NCBI GenBank assembly: GCA_965203175.1
Contig: OZ241867.1
Coordinates: 3,456,001-3,520,000 of the forward strand
DNA length: 64,000 bases
Direction: 5' to 3'
Origin: Candidatus Latescibacterota bacterium
GTDB taxonomy: Bacteria; Latescibacterota; UBA2968; UBA8231
Below are positions 37,325 to 47,160 of this stretch, piece after piece. How positions within the stretch are numbered: position 1 is the first letter of the stretch; each line of letters opens with the position of its first letter. Below the pieces are notes generated by a model. It saw only the letters and a program-made list of their open reading frames with translations, did not search any database and was not told where the DNA came from. Both the position numbers and the translations under genes were made by a program.

Positions 37325-37639
37325 TCAGTGATCGGAACGGGGGGCTTCCACTTCGGCAAAAAGGTGCCCAAGCGAGGCGGCGAGTTGAGAGGTCCGCGAG
37401 GCGATATCAGCTTCGGCTGAAGCGTAGTCCTTCCGCAGGGTTAGGAGTTCCTCCACCAAGCTAAGACTAGCTAGGATAGCCACTTGGAGTGGGGAGCCAC
37501 CTTTGATCTCGCGCTCGATCTCGTGCATACGCACGTCTAACATTTCGGCGAGCTTTTGCACGTGTTCGGCGGAGTGTTCTTGATCGACCCCTAGGGTGTA
37601 GTGCTTGTCGAATATTTTGACCACTACTTGGGACGACAT
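37325..37639 (-). CDS. zapA: Cell division protein ZapA
   Basis: VKIFDKHY...LAEMLDVRM...AILASL; pheT-zapB-zapA-rny context. Confidence 0.85.
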   Translation of the reverse strand: MSSQVVVKIFDKHYTLGVDQEHSAEHVQKLAEMLDVRMHEIEREIKGGSPLQVAILASLSLVEELLTLRKDYASAEADIASRTSQLAASLGHLFAEVEAPRSDH

Positions 37640-37708
37640 ACCTAGACCCCTTTCTCAGACATCGTTGTCCTGTTCGGCCTCTATGTGGGCCACTTCGACC
37701 TGATCGAG

Positions 37709-37990
37709 CTATTCTTTCTCACTGCTGACGGTGCCGTCCAAGCGGCTGAGGAGCTGTTCAATGCGTCCTTTCACCACTTCTTTGTCCTTTTTGAACTGTT
37801 CGTTCTCACTGATAGCGGTGCTGATTTTTTTTTCGAGGCTTTGGACTTCGGCCTGCAAGGTGTCATTTTTTTCTTTCAGACCCTTAACCTGCCCACTCAG
37901 CTCGTCGTTTTCCTTGCGGAGCGTTTCGAGTACTCCCGTCAGTCGGTTGATGTGGTGCTCAAGGCGTTCAAAATTTTCGTTTACATCCAT
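37709..37990 (-). CDS. zapB: ZapB-like coiled-coil protein
   Basis: 93-aa heptad-rich protein between pheT and zapA, ending RIEQLLSRL. Confidence 0.7.
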   Translation of the reverse strand: MDVNENFERLEHHINRLTGVLETLRKENDELSGQVKGLKEKNDTLQAEVQSLEKKISTAISENEQFKKDKEVVKGRIEQLLSRLDGTVSSEKE

Positions 37991-38022
37991 TGGAGCGGTT
38001 GTACTCCTGATTGAAGTTGGGA

Positions 38023-40401
38023 TTAGCGCAGGCGAGCACCGAACCGCGTCTGGAGGCCCTTGAGCATCGAGGAGATCGCCGCATCGGCCTGAGCATCCTG
38101 TAACGTCTGATCGCGGTCGCGCAGACGAATGGCGAAAGCCACGCTCTTATAGCCTTCTTCTATTTGATCTCCTTGGTAGAAATCAAAAACCTCAATGGAT
38201 TCGACGAGGCGGGGCGCGCTATCTTGCATAGTAGCTATGAGTTCGGCGGTTGCAGTGTCTGCGCGTACGACTACGGCCAAGTCGCGCTCGATCGGCGGAA
38301 ACTTGGGGAGCGCGGAAAACGAGCGCTCTCGACCGTGCCAATGGCGAGCTAGCGCGGTGAACGATATTTCAAAAATATGTACTTGACGCTCTAAATCAAA
38401 TGCCGCGCACAAGTCGGCCGAAACTTGGCCCAACCAGCCGAGGGGTCGATCATCGAGGGAGACGCAAGCTGCGTGCCCCGAGCGGCATTCGGGACGGTCG
38501 ACGGGGGTAAAGCGTAGATTCTCTCCGCCCACTAGCGCTTCGAGCAAGCCCTTGAGGTCGAAAAAGTCGGCCTCGCGGGCGTCGGCCTGATAGGGAGACG
38601 CTGAGACGCGGCCCGACCACAGGGCTGCGAGGTGCCAGTTCTCCTTGGGCCTTGAGTCCTTTTCCTCGCTGGCGACAAAGCATTTGCCCAGTTCGAAGAT
38701 GGCTACCTCCGTGGCCCGCTGGTTGAAGTTGCGACACGCGACATCCAAAAGGCTTGGCACCAAGGTGGTACGCAAGGCGTCTTGGGTTTCGGCTGGCGGG
38801 TTGGCCAAGCGGGCGGCACGGTCTGCGGCACCGACTAGCTCGAGCCAGCGAGATTCGACGATAGTATTGCTGACGACTTCATCCAAACCCAGGCCCAAGA
38901 GCCGCTGTCGAACGATCTGCCTAAAGGTGAACTCGGGGTCGCGCCGGGTGATCCAAGGCCCAGATGCTTCTTGGCGACCCTCAATGCGGTCGAAGCCGTA
39001 GATGCGGCCGACTTCCTCGATGAGGTCGGCCGGGCGCGTTAGATCGGGACGAAAGCTCGGGGCTGCTACCACGAGGGAGCGGCCCGATTCGACCTGGCAG
39101 CCGAGGCGTTCGAGAATCTGGACGATGGCAGCGGAGTCTAACTCCGTAGCCAAGAGTTGGTTGGCGCGGTCGACGCAGAGTGGAATCTGGCGGCACTGGC
39201 CGGGGCGAGGGTACACGTCTAGAGGATCTGGGGCGACCGCGCCGCCGGTTAGTTCGGCGATTAGTTGGGCCGCGCGGTCAATGGCTCGCACCGGGGCGTC
39301 CCAATCGGCACCGCGCTCAAAACGCGTGGACGCCTCGGTGAAAAGCCCCAGACGAGACCGGGCTAGCCGCACCCGCGACGGTGCGAAATACGCGCTTTCG
39401 AGCAGGATATTCGTGGTCGCCTCCGATACTTGGGAATGGGCTCCACCCATGACTCCGGCTAGTGCTTGGGGCCGCGTCCCATCGGCAATGACCAGCATCT
39501 CTTCGTCGAGTTGACACTGGGTACCGTCGAGGGTTTCCAAGGTCTCGCCGGCGCGCGCCCGGCGGACGATGATGCGCCGCTGATCCAGTGCATGCAGGTC
39601 AAAGGCGTGCAGGGGGTGCCCCAATTCCAGCAGTACGTAGTTGGTAGTATCGACGACGTTGTTGATTGGACGCTGACCCACGGCTTGCAGTCGGCGCTGG
39701 AGCCACTGGGGCGAGGGACCAACCTCGACGCCGCGCACGACGCGGCCGACGTAGCGCGGGCAATCGTCCGGTGCCTCAATGTCGATCCGCGCGTCTTCCG
39801 CAGTGGCCGGTCCGCTTTCGGGCACCTGTGCGTTGGGAAAGCGGAGGGGGTTGCCAGTGAGTGCGTGGACCTCGCGGGCAATGCCCAAGAGACTCAGGCA
39901 GTCTGGACGGTTGGGCGTAACTTCGAAGTCAATGACCACGTCATCGAGCTCAGTGGCCGCGGCAAAAGGGGTGCCGACCGGGAGGGCTTCGTCGAGCACC
40001 ACAATGCCGTCGTGGTTATCGCCTAGCCCGAGTTCGTCTGCGGCACAGAGCATGCCTTCGGATGCGACGCCGCGGATTTTGGCTTTTTTGATCTGCATGC
40101 CTCCGGGCAGAGTAGTGCCGGGCAGGGCGACGGCGACGGTTTGCCCGGCCGCGACATTGGGTGCCCCACAGACGATGGTGTTGACCCTGGTCCCCACATC
40201 GACTTGACAGACGGTCAGACGGTCGGCGTTTTCGTGTGGGCAACAGGTGTTGACGCGGCCGATGACGACGCCCTCGTAGCGCGCGCCGAGATCCTCGACG
40301 CCCTCGAATTCCAAGCCCGCCATGGTCAGGCGCTCGGCTAGCTCGGGCCAATCCCAGGCGAAATCCACGTATTCCTTAAGCCATTTATAGGTAATTTTCA
40401 T
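38023..40401 (-). CDS. pheT: Phenylalanine-tRNA ligase beta subunit
   Basis: IVCGAPNV, TPNRPDCLS, RFERG, DLIEEVGRIYG, C-terminal FDX-ACB domain. Confidence 0.98.
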   Translation of the reverse strand: MKITYKWLKEYVDFAWDWPELAERLTMAGLEFEGVEDLGARYEGVVIGRVNTCCPHENADRLTVCQVDVGTRVNTIVCGAPNVAAGQTVAVALPGTTLPGGMQIKKAKIRGVASEGMLCAADELGLGDNHDGIVVLDEALPVGTPFAAATELDDVVIDFEVTPNRPDCLSLLGIAREVHALTGNPLRFPNAQVPESGPATAEDARIDIEAPDDCPRYVGRVVRGVEVGPSPQWLQRRLQAVGQRPINNVVDTTNYVLLELGHPLHAFDLHALDQRRIIVRRARAGETLETLDGTQCQLDEEMLVIADGTRPQALAGVMGGAHSQVSEATTNILLESAYFAPSRVRLARSRLGLFTEASTRFERGADWDAPVRAIDRAAQLIAELTGGAVAPDPLDVYPRPGQCRQIPLCVDRANQLLATELDSAAIVQILERLGCQVESGRSLVVAAPSFRPDLTRPADLIEEVGRIYGFDRIEGRQEASGPWITRRDPEFTFRQIVRQRLLGLGLDEVVSNTIVESRWLELVGAADRAARLANPPAETQDALRTTLVPSLLDVACRNFNQRATEVAIFELGKCFVASEEKDSRPKENWHLAALWSGRVSASPYQADAREADFFDLKGLLEALVGGENLRFTPVDRPECRSGHAACVSLDDRPLGWLGQVSADLCAAFDLERQVHIFEISFTALARHWHGRERSFSALPKFPPIERDLAVVVRADTATAELIATMQDSAPRLVESIEVFDFYQGDQIEEGYKSVAFAIRLRDRDQTLQDAQADAAISSMLKGLQTRFGARLR

Positions 40402-40419
40402 AAGGCGTTGTCGGGAATC

Positions 40420-41430
40420 TCAGAATTGGCGGATGAACCGCAAGTCGTTTTCGAGGAAGCGCCGGACGTCGTCAATGCCGTGCCGAATCATGGCGATCCG
40501 CTCCAATCCCATGCCGAAGGCGAAGCCCGTGTATTCGTCTGGGTCGTAGCCCACCGCGGCAAAGACGGCCGGGTCGACCATGCCGGCCCCGGCGATTTCG
40601 ATCCAACCCGTTCCTTTGCAAATAGAGCAATTCGCGCGTTGCCCCTTGCAGATGCAGGTGAAATCGTATTCCACGCTTGGCTCAGTAAAGGGAAAGAAGT
40701 GAGGCCGAAAGCGCACTTGGGTCTCCCCGCCCATAAGTTGGCGTCCCATGGCCTCAATAGTGCCCTTCAAGTCGGCGAAAGAGACGCCGTGGTCGACGTA
40801 TAGACCCTCGATTTGGTGGAAGGCGAAGTGGTGAGTTGCATCGACCGTCTCCTTGCGGTAGCAGCGACCCAATGAGATGATCCGCACCGGCGGCAGCGTT
40901 TGCTCCATAACGCGGATTTGTACCGTGGAGGTGTGGGTGCGCATGAGTCCACCGCGCTCTAGATAGAAGGTGTCGTGCAGGTCCCGTGCAGGGTGGTCGG
41001 CCGGCGTGTTGAGGGCGTCGAAATTGTGGTACTCATCTTCGGCTTCCGGACCGTCGGCCACGTCAAAACCCATACCTTGGAAAATGCCAATCAATTCGTC
41101 GGTTAGCTGGGACAGGGGGTGAGCACAGCCCAAGAGGGGCTGTCGGCCCGGAAGCGTTACGTCGAGGGCAGAAGCCGAGTCGGCCGCCTGCCTAAGGGCT
41201 AGGACCTTGTCGTCGAGAGCTTGCCGAATGGCCTGTTGGGCGCGACCGGTGGCTTCCCCTAGCGCGGGTCGTTCGGTCGCGGGTTGCTGGCCGATCTGCC
41301 GCGCGATCAGGCGCAGTCGGCTCTTGCGCCCGAGGTGGTGAACTCGCAGTGCTTCCAATGCCTTATCGTCTTGGGCGGCCTCGATTTCCTCTACGGCTAC
41401 CGCCGCCAATTGTCGCACTTCTTCTAGCAT
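40420..41430 (-). CDS. pheS: Phenylalanine-tRNA ligase alpha subunit
   Basis: NFDALN, HPARDLHDTFY, RTHTS, FPFTEPS, GFAFGMGLER. Confidence 0.98.
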   Translation of the reverse strand: MLEEVRQLAAVAVEEIEAAQDDKALEALRVHHLGRKSRLRLIARQIGQQPATERPALGEATGRAQQAIRQALDDKVLALRQAADSASALDVTLPGRQPLLGCAHPLSQLTDELIGIFQGMGFDVADGPEAEDEYHNFDALNTPADHPARDLHDTFYLERGGLMRTHTSTVQIRVMEQTLPPVRIISLGRCYRKETVDATHHFAFHQIEGLYVDHGVSFADLKGTIEAMGRQLMGGETQVRFRPHFFPFTEPSVEYDFTCICKGQRANCSICKGTGWIEIAGAGMVDPAVFAAVGYDPDEYTGFAFGMGLERIAMIRHGIDDVRRFLENDLRFIRQF

Positions 41431-41447
41431 ATAGACCTAAATAGAAC

Positions 41448-41481
41448 AAAAAGGGCCCGGCGCGTATCGCCGACCCCTTTC
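41448..41481 (-). terminator. Intrinsic terminator after rplT
   Basis: Minus strand AGGGGTCGGCG-ATACG-CGCCGGGCCC-TTTTT. Confidence 0.75.
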
Positions 41482-41499
41482 TGTCAGATGAGTATGAGT

Positions 41500-41853
41500 T
41501 TAGACGTGGGGCCGGGCTTGTTCGACTACCGCGGCAAAAGCGGCTGGATCGCGCACGGCTAGATCAGCCAAGACCTTGCGGTTGATTGCAACGCCGGCTT
41601 GGCCTAGCCCGTGGACGAGTTGGCTATAAGACATGCCATTGCGGCGGGCGGCGGCATTGATGCGGACAATCCAGAGGCGGCGGAAATCCCGCTTGCGCTG
41701 GCGCCGGTCGCGGTAGGCATAAGCTTGAGCGCGATCAACAGCTTCGCGCGCGGTGCGGAAGAGGCGGCTGCGCGCTCCCCAATAGCCCTTGGATTGTTTG
41801 AGTACCTTCTTTTTGCGCTTCTTGGTGGCTACGGCATGACTTACCCGTGGCAT
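41500..41853 (-). CDS. rplT: 50S ribosomal protein L20
   Basis: MPRV...KGYWGARS...AYRDRR...[14 protein letters not shown]. Confidence 0.98.
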   Translation of the reverse strand: MPRVSHAVATKKRKKKVLKQSKGYWGARSRLFRTAREAVDRAQAYAYRDRRQRKRDFRRLWIVRINAAARRNGMSYSQLVHGLGQAGVAINRKVLADLAVRDPAAFAAVVEQARPHV

Positions 41854-41876
41854 GAATTATTCTCCGTTAAACTCGC

Positions 41877-42074
41877 TTACTTGAGGTTCAGGGCCCGGCG
41901 CACATTGGTTAGGTCTGCGGACGAAACCGGACTGTTTTTGCGAAAAGCCCGTTTGCGCTTGGTCGAGCGGCCGCTCAAAAGGTGAGTGGCATAGGCGTTG
42001 CGCCGCTTCAGGCTGCCCGACCTGCGCTGCTTAATGCGCTTGGACGAGGATTTATGCGTCTTGATTTTGGGCAT
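41877..42074 (-). CDS. rpmI: 50S ribosomal protein L35
   Basis: MPKIKTHK...HLL...KRKR. Confidence 0.95.
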   Translation of the reverse strand: MPKIKTHKSSSKRIKQRRSGSLKRRNAYATHLLSGRSTKRKRAFRKNSPVSSADLTNVRRALNLK

Positions 42075-42111
42075 GATGATACCTTTGTCTTGATTTTGGC
42101 TAGAAAAGCAA

Positions 42112-42140
42112 AAAATAGACTATGAAATAGGGGCTGTCAA
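42112..42140 (-). promoter_or_regulatory. sigma70-type promoter for rpmI-rplT
   Basis: Minus strand TTGACA-N17-TATTTT. Confidence 0.65.
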
Positions 42141-42236
42141 GGAAGGGCAGCCTACCCTTCAAAGGGTGAATTTTTGTCGGAAAAGTTTGCGATCTCGCTC
42201 GGAACTGAGCGCGATCAGTCGCTGAATTGTAGGCGA

Positions 42237-42500
42237 CTAGGCGGCTGCGTGCGATCTACATGCTTCGATTCGCTCCCGCACTTGGGGACGGATAAAGACC
42301 GCGTCGAGAGGCAGCCGCGAAAGGGCGCGGCATAACAAATGCACTCGGGCCTCGGTATCGAGCTCGTGATTGACGATCAAGTAGGACCTACCACCGTAGC
42401 GGCAAAGCCCACCTTGGCCCTCGAAATCGTCGTAGCGCACCTCGATATCGAGCCCTTCGGCGAGGGTTTCTAACTCCTGCAGGAGGATTGAGTCATCCAT
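42237..42500 (-). CDS. Conserved small hypothetical protein
   Basis: Start ATG 42500; L..LAE.L.IEVRY...GGLCR...LD.VFIRPQVRE pattern. Confidence 0.7.
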   Translation of the reverse strand: MDDSILLQELETLAEGLDIEVRYDDFEGQGGLCRYGGRSYLIVNHELDTEARVHLLCRALSRLPLDAVFIRPQVRERIEACRSHAAA

Positions 42501-42618
42501 AAGAAAATAATAGGACCACAGGCCGCAGCTAAGCAAGGAGATTGTTGGGAGCCGAATGGCGGATTGTTATTATATGGTGCCATCTCAGAGCGCGTCTGTG
42601 GTAAAGGAGAAACCGATT

Positions 42619-43473
42619 GTGACTGCCGCAAAACCTCAAGTATTGGTGACAAACGACGATGGTGCCGATTCCCCCCTTTTGGTGCCTTTGCTGCGGGAAC
42701 TGTCCGAGTTGGCCGAGCTATGCGTAGTCGTGCCGGCTGCGGAATGCAGTTGGACCAGTAAGAGTATGAGCCGCTTTGAGCCGTTGGTACTGGCCGAGAT
42801 CGAATGCGGCGGCTTCCCGGTCCAGACGCTGACCGGCAAGCCCGCCGATTGCGCCCATATCGGCATCCACAATCTCTGTCCTGCAAAGCCGACTCTAGTC
42901 ATTTCCGGTATCAATATGGGCGCCAACTCCGGTCTCGCTTTCACGCTGAGTTCTGGCACGATAGGGGCGGCTGTAGAGGGCTTTCTTTCCGGGGTGCCGT
43001 CCGCGGCTTTTTCGCTGGAGCTGCCCGAACCGGCTTTTGTCCTCTGGCGGCGGTCGCGGCGGCTCGATCCCGCGCTCGATGCGTTGGTTGCGGCAGCGGC
43101 GGTTATCGCTGCGGAAATCGCAGCCGAGATCTTGCGTGGAGGATTGCCGGCTGGTGCCGACATGGTCGCGGTGAACATGCCCGCCAGTACTAAGCGCGAA
43201 TCCCCGAGGTGCCTGACGGGCTTGGCGAGGACGAGCTATGGTCCGCTATTCGTCCGGCGTGCGGTCGAGCCGCATTTTGCGTACCACAGTTGTCAGTTGC
43301 AGTTGGTCGGCGATGGAGCTGACAGCGATGTGGAAGCCCTGGCGCGCGGCGCGATCGCGATTACGCCGCTCCGCTATTCACTTGGTGCCCCAATAAGCTC
43401 GATTGATCGACAGCGTTTTGAGTGCGGCATTTTCACACCCGAAGGCGCGGTGAAACGAGATGGTCGTGGTTAG
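42619..43473 (+). CDS. surE: 5'/3'-nucleotidase SurE
   Basis: VLVTNDDG, GKPADC, SGINMGAN, SGTIGAAVEG, ITPL; SD AAGGAG before GTG 42619. Confidence 0.9.
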   Translation: MTAAKPQVLVTNDDGADSPLLVPLLRELSELAELCVVVPAAECSWTSKSMSRFEPLVLAEIECGGFPVQTLTGKPADCAHIGIHNLCPAKPTLVISGINMGANSGLAFTLSSGTIGAAVEGFLSGVPSAAFSLELPEPAFVLWRRSRRLDPALDALVAAAAVIAAEIAAEILRGGLPAGADMVAVNMPASTKRESPRCLTGLARTSYGPLFVRRAVEPHFAYHSCQLQLVGDGADSDVEALARGAIAITPLRYSLGAPISSIDRQRFECGIFTPEGAVKRDGRG

Positions 43474-44773
43474 GTGGCTTCTCAAAAACGGTAGCTGTAC
43501 AGTCGTCCTATTGCTCGCGGGGAAAGCGTGGGGCGAGGGCGAGGTGCGCGTCGATTCCACCCACAGCCAGCCCACGTCCCCGTTGCTGGCCAAGGTTTCG
43601 CAGTCGGCGACCGAGCAGACTGTGGAAGCCGTGCGCTGGATGGCCAAACGACGCCAGTTTACCCTGCGGGGCATTCCCTACGGTGTTACTGGCCTTCCGT
43701 TCGCTTATCTCAGCCCCAACACGGGCTGGAATTGGGGAGTGCGCGTACATTGGGCCGACTATCGGTACCAGCCCTACCTCTACAAGCTGACCCTGCACGT
43801 ACAGCAGTCTTCTGAGGGCAAATTAAAAAACCGCGTGCGACTAAGGGTGCCCCGGATTTCGGGGACGGGTTTCGGCCTGAGACTGGAGTTGATCCGAGAG
43901 CGCAATCTGCGCACGCGCTACTATGGGCTGGGCAACGACAGTGCATTCAATCGAGATTTCATTAAGCCTAATAGCGCTGATTTCAAAGACGAGAACTACT
44001 ACTACTACATTCTAGAGAGGAACCCACGGATCTTGGTGAGCCTTTTTCGCCAGTTATACGGTCCGGTATCCATGTCGCTCGGCTTTGGGCTGGAGCGCGT
44101 CGATGTGGACCAGCGAGGGACACAGGCTTTTTATTTAGAGCGCGGTACTCCAGATGGAGTTATAGATGGGTTTTCGGGGTTTATCAGTGCGACTCTTCAG
44201 TGGGATACCCGCGACGACGAAGTGGTGCCGCGGCGCGGCTTCTTTCAGGAGTGGTCATACGAATCAGCGCGCAATTCACTGCTGGCGCTGGTCTTCGAGC
44301 CTATTGATTTTAGCCGCGTGACCCTGACCAACGCCTACTACATACCGCTGTCGCCTCGGGTGAATTTCTCCCATCGCCTCGTGCTGGAGGTTCTCAGTGG
44401 CGAAGTACCCCTCTACGCCTATGGTGAGATTGGGGGCAGTCGCCGGGTTAAGGGATTAGGCGGCAGCGATTCGCTGCGGGGTTTCGACACCCAGCGGTTT
44501 ACAGATGACGTGCGCTTTTTGTCCAATATCGAATTGCGCTACCAACTGTACGATATCTGGTTTTACGGGCAGTACATAGAGTGGCAGGGGGTGGTTTTTT
44601 TCGATTCGGGCCGAGTCTGGCCCGACTTGGATCAGATCGGGTGGTCGGATATGCACATCAGCGGCGGAGCGGGGGTGCGAATGGTCTGGGACGCCGATCT
44701 CGTGATCCGCATGGGTACCGGCGTCGCCGACGAGCAAATAGATGTCTGGCTGAGCCTAGGACACAACTTCTAG
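43460..44773 (+). CDS. Omp85/BamA-TamA family outer-membrane barrel without POTRA domains
   Basis: WDTRD, LGGSDSLRGF, ELRY, FFDSGRVW, C-terminal LGHNF. Confidence 0.85.
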   Translation: MVVVRWLLKNGSCTVVLLLAGKAWGEGEVRVDSTHSQPTSPLLAKVSQSATEQTVEAVRWMAKRRQFTLRGIPYGVTGLPFAYLSPNTGWNWGVRVHWADYRYQPYLYKLTLHVQQSSEGKLKNRVRLRVPRISGTGFGLRLELIRERNLRTRYYGLGNDSAFNRDFIKPNSADFKDENYYYYILERNPRILVSLFRQLYGPVSMSLGFGLERVDVDQRGTQAFYLERGTPDGVIDGFSGFISATLQWDTRDDEVVPRRGFFQEWSYESARNSLLALVFEPIDFSRVTLTNAYYIPLSPRVNFSHRLVLEVLSGEVPLYAYGEIGGSRRVKGLGGSDSLRGFDTQRFTDDVRFLSNIELRYQLYDIWFYGQYIEWQGVVFFDSGRVWPDLDQIGWSDMHISGGAGVRMVWDADLVIRMGTGVADEQIDVWLSLGHNF

Positions 44774-45624
44774 GCGTGGCTGGCAGTCTTCGGGGATAAA
44801 AGTGCGATCAAGCGCGCCAGTTCCGCTGCCATGCGGTCGCGTGGGACGATGCGGTCGATAAAGCCGTGTTCAAGGACGGTCTCGGCTAGTTGGAAGCCTT
44901 CGGGCAGGGGAGCGTCCGTGCCGAGGAACTGCTGGATGACGGTTTGGCCGGCAAAGCCGATACGAGCCCCAGGTTCGGCCAAGGCGATATCGCCGAGCAT
45001 GGCGAAGCTGGCGGTGACTCCCCCGTAGGTCGGATCGGTGATAATGGCGATATAGAGCAAGCCGTTTTGCGAGAGTTGATTGAGCTTGGCACTAATTCGG
45101 GCCATCTGCATCAGGGAATAGGCGCTCTCCTGCATCCTAGCACCACCCGACTGGCAGACGATAACTAGCGTGCATCGTTCGGCCATGGCTCGGTCGATGA
45201 GGCGGCAGAGCTTCTCGCCGGTCGCTCCACCCAACGTGCCCGTTAGATAACGCGAGTCCATGATCGCCAAGGCGACGGGGTGGCTGCCGATTTGGCCGAT
45301 GCCGGTGTACACCGATTCTTTTAGGCCGCTCTGGCGGCGACTGGTCTTGATTTTGTCCTTATAGCCTTTGAACTTAAGCGGATCGACAGGTGCTACGTTG
45401 GCGTTGATTTCGGTGAATGTACCGTCGTCGATGAGGAGGTCAATGTACTGCTGATGGCCGATGGGATAGTGGCAAGCGCACTCCGGGCAGATCCAATGCC
45501 GGCGTCGCAACGCCATCTCGTAGTTGGAGTGGCCACACTTTTTGCACTTGATCCAGATGCCTTGGGGAATTTCGCGCTTTATTAGGGACTTAATTCCCGT
45601 TTTCATTCTTTCAAACCAGTTCAC
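44770..45624 (-). CDS. accD: Acetyl-CoA carboxylase carboxyltransferase beta subunit
   Basis: WIKCKKC...CPEC zinc finger, SGGARMQE, PTYGGVTASFA, AEPGARIGFAG. Confidence 0.96.
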   Translation of the reverse strand: MNWFERMKTGIKSLIKREIPQGIWIKCKKCGHSNYEMALRRRHWICPECACHYPIGHQQYIDLLIDDGTFTEINANVAPVDPLKFKGYKDKIKTSRRQSGLKESVYTGIGQIGSHPVALAIMDSRYLTGTLGGATGEKLCRLIDRAMAERCTLVIVCQSGGARMQESAYSLMQMARISAKLNQLSQNGLLYIAIITDPTYGGVTASFAMLGDIALAEPGARIGFAGQTVIQQFLGTDAPLPEGFQLAETVLEHGFIDRIVPRDRMAAELARLIALLSPKTASHA

Positions 45625-45975
45625 GGCTTCTTCTCACAGATTAGCTCGGCCGCTCGATTGCGGCGAAGTGAATGTGGCGGTAGCGCATCTGTCGCTATAT
45701 TGCTGTAAAGTGGATAAAGTGCATTAAAAATAAATACTTGTCAATCTATAAACGCACGGCGAGCCGCGAGAATGTAACGCAGTCGCTGCAAAGATGTGAT
45801 GGTGGAGTTGTTATATTTAGTGCCTAGGTGGCCTTTGAAGTTGCATCCCAAACAGTAAATACATATCTTGACGGCGCTACGAAGGCTGCATTAAACAATG
45901 ACAACGAACCCGCAAATTGTCGCGGCTCGGAGACTGTAGCCATATTGAGGATTGTTCACCGTGAAATGTAATCTG

Positions 45976-47109
45976 ATGCGTGCACTATGGCTAGTGATCT
46001 GCGCTTTAGTTTTGGGTGCCGACGCCAGAGCCAATGAGAATGAAGTTGCAATAGCCGATTCAATCCGCAAGTACAAATACTACGCCAAAACGGCCCGCCA
46101 AAACAAAGAGTACGACAGAGCCATAGGCTATTACACGACTGTTTTGCAATATAGTCCCCAAGAGTTGACGGCCGCCTACTTCTTGGGGCAACTCTACTAC
46201 AAAGAAAAGAAGGATTTGGACAACGCTCGCATCGCACTGCGCCGGGCGGTGAGCATCGACTCGCTGCATCTGAATTCCAATCGGCTCCTCTACACAATCT
46301 ACCAAGCTGTCGGCGAGGCCGATTCGGCTGCTTTGAGCTTGGAGCGAGCGCTACTCAAAAAGCCGAATGCTGCCGACCGTCGCAAGCTGGCCGACCTCTA
46401 TCGCCGCGAAGGCCGCAATGAGCGGGCGATCGTCCACTACGAGCAGTTAGTTGAGGCTGAGCGTGAAGACACAACTGGAGTCGAAGACGCTGAACTCATT
46501 GAAATACTTGCAGTGTTACACCAGGAGCTAGGGCAGGTGGATCAGGCTCTGGAGTGGCGTAAACTCCAAGTCGAGGGCGGGACGGGTGCCGCCGACCAAT
46601 TGGAGAGCATCGTCGAGCTGAAGCTAGAGGTCGGCGATGTCGAGGGGGCTTACGATACGCTATTGGAATTGGCGAAGGTGGATTCGCAGAACGCCTATTC
46701 CTACTACAACCAAATCGCATCAATCGCTTCTGAAGAGGGCGACGACACTTGGCGCTTCGAGGGCCTCAAGGGCATGGTAGAGGCCGACCCCAAGGATTTG
46801 AAAAGCATAGCGGAGCTAGTGGAGTGGCACCAAGGCCGCGGCGAGTTCGCCTCGGCAAAAGAGCGGCTGCGGAGGGGCCTAAAGGTAAATCCCGAGGATG
46901 CACATTTGCTGCTGCTCAAGGGCGACAATCTGGTGAGGGAAGGCGACGAGGAAGGGGCCATCGCTGCCTTTGAGAAAGCCAAAGCTGATCCAGCTTGGGA
47001 GAAGGTGGCCCAGCAGCGCATCTGGCAGCTCCGGCCGCCTGAGACCGAGGAAGAAAAGCTCAAGCGACAGTTCTTCGGCGGTGAAGAGGCGCAAGAGGAG
47101 CAAAACTAA
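45976..47109 (+). CDS. Exported TPR protein
   Basis: Signal peptide (ARA|N), helical TPR-like repeats; first gene of the exb/tonB cluster. Confidence 0.8.
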   Translation: MRALWLVICALVLGADARANENEVAIADSIRKYKYYAKTARQNKEYDRAIGYYTTVLQYSPQELTAAYFLGQLYYKEKKDLDNARIALRRAVSIDSLHLNSNRLLYTIYQAVGEADSAALSLERALLKKPNAADRRKLADLYRREGRNERAIVHYEQLVEAEREDTTGVEDAELIEILAVLHQELGQVDQALEWRKLQVEGGTGAADQLESIVELKLEVGDVEGAYDTLLELAKVDSQNAYSYYNQIASIASEEGDDTWRFEGLKGMVEADPKDLKSIAELVEWHQGRGEFASAKERLRRGLKVNPEDAHLLLLKGDNLVREGDEEGAIAAFEKAKADPAWEKVAQQRIWQLRPPETEEEKLKRQFFGGEEAQEEQN

Positions 47110-47160
47110 TCATTGCTCCGGTCTGTTGGACCGGGACTAACATTAATTGCGAGGAAAAAA

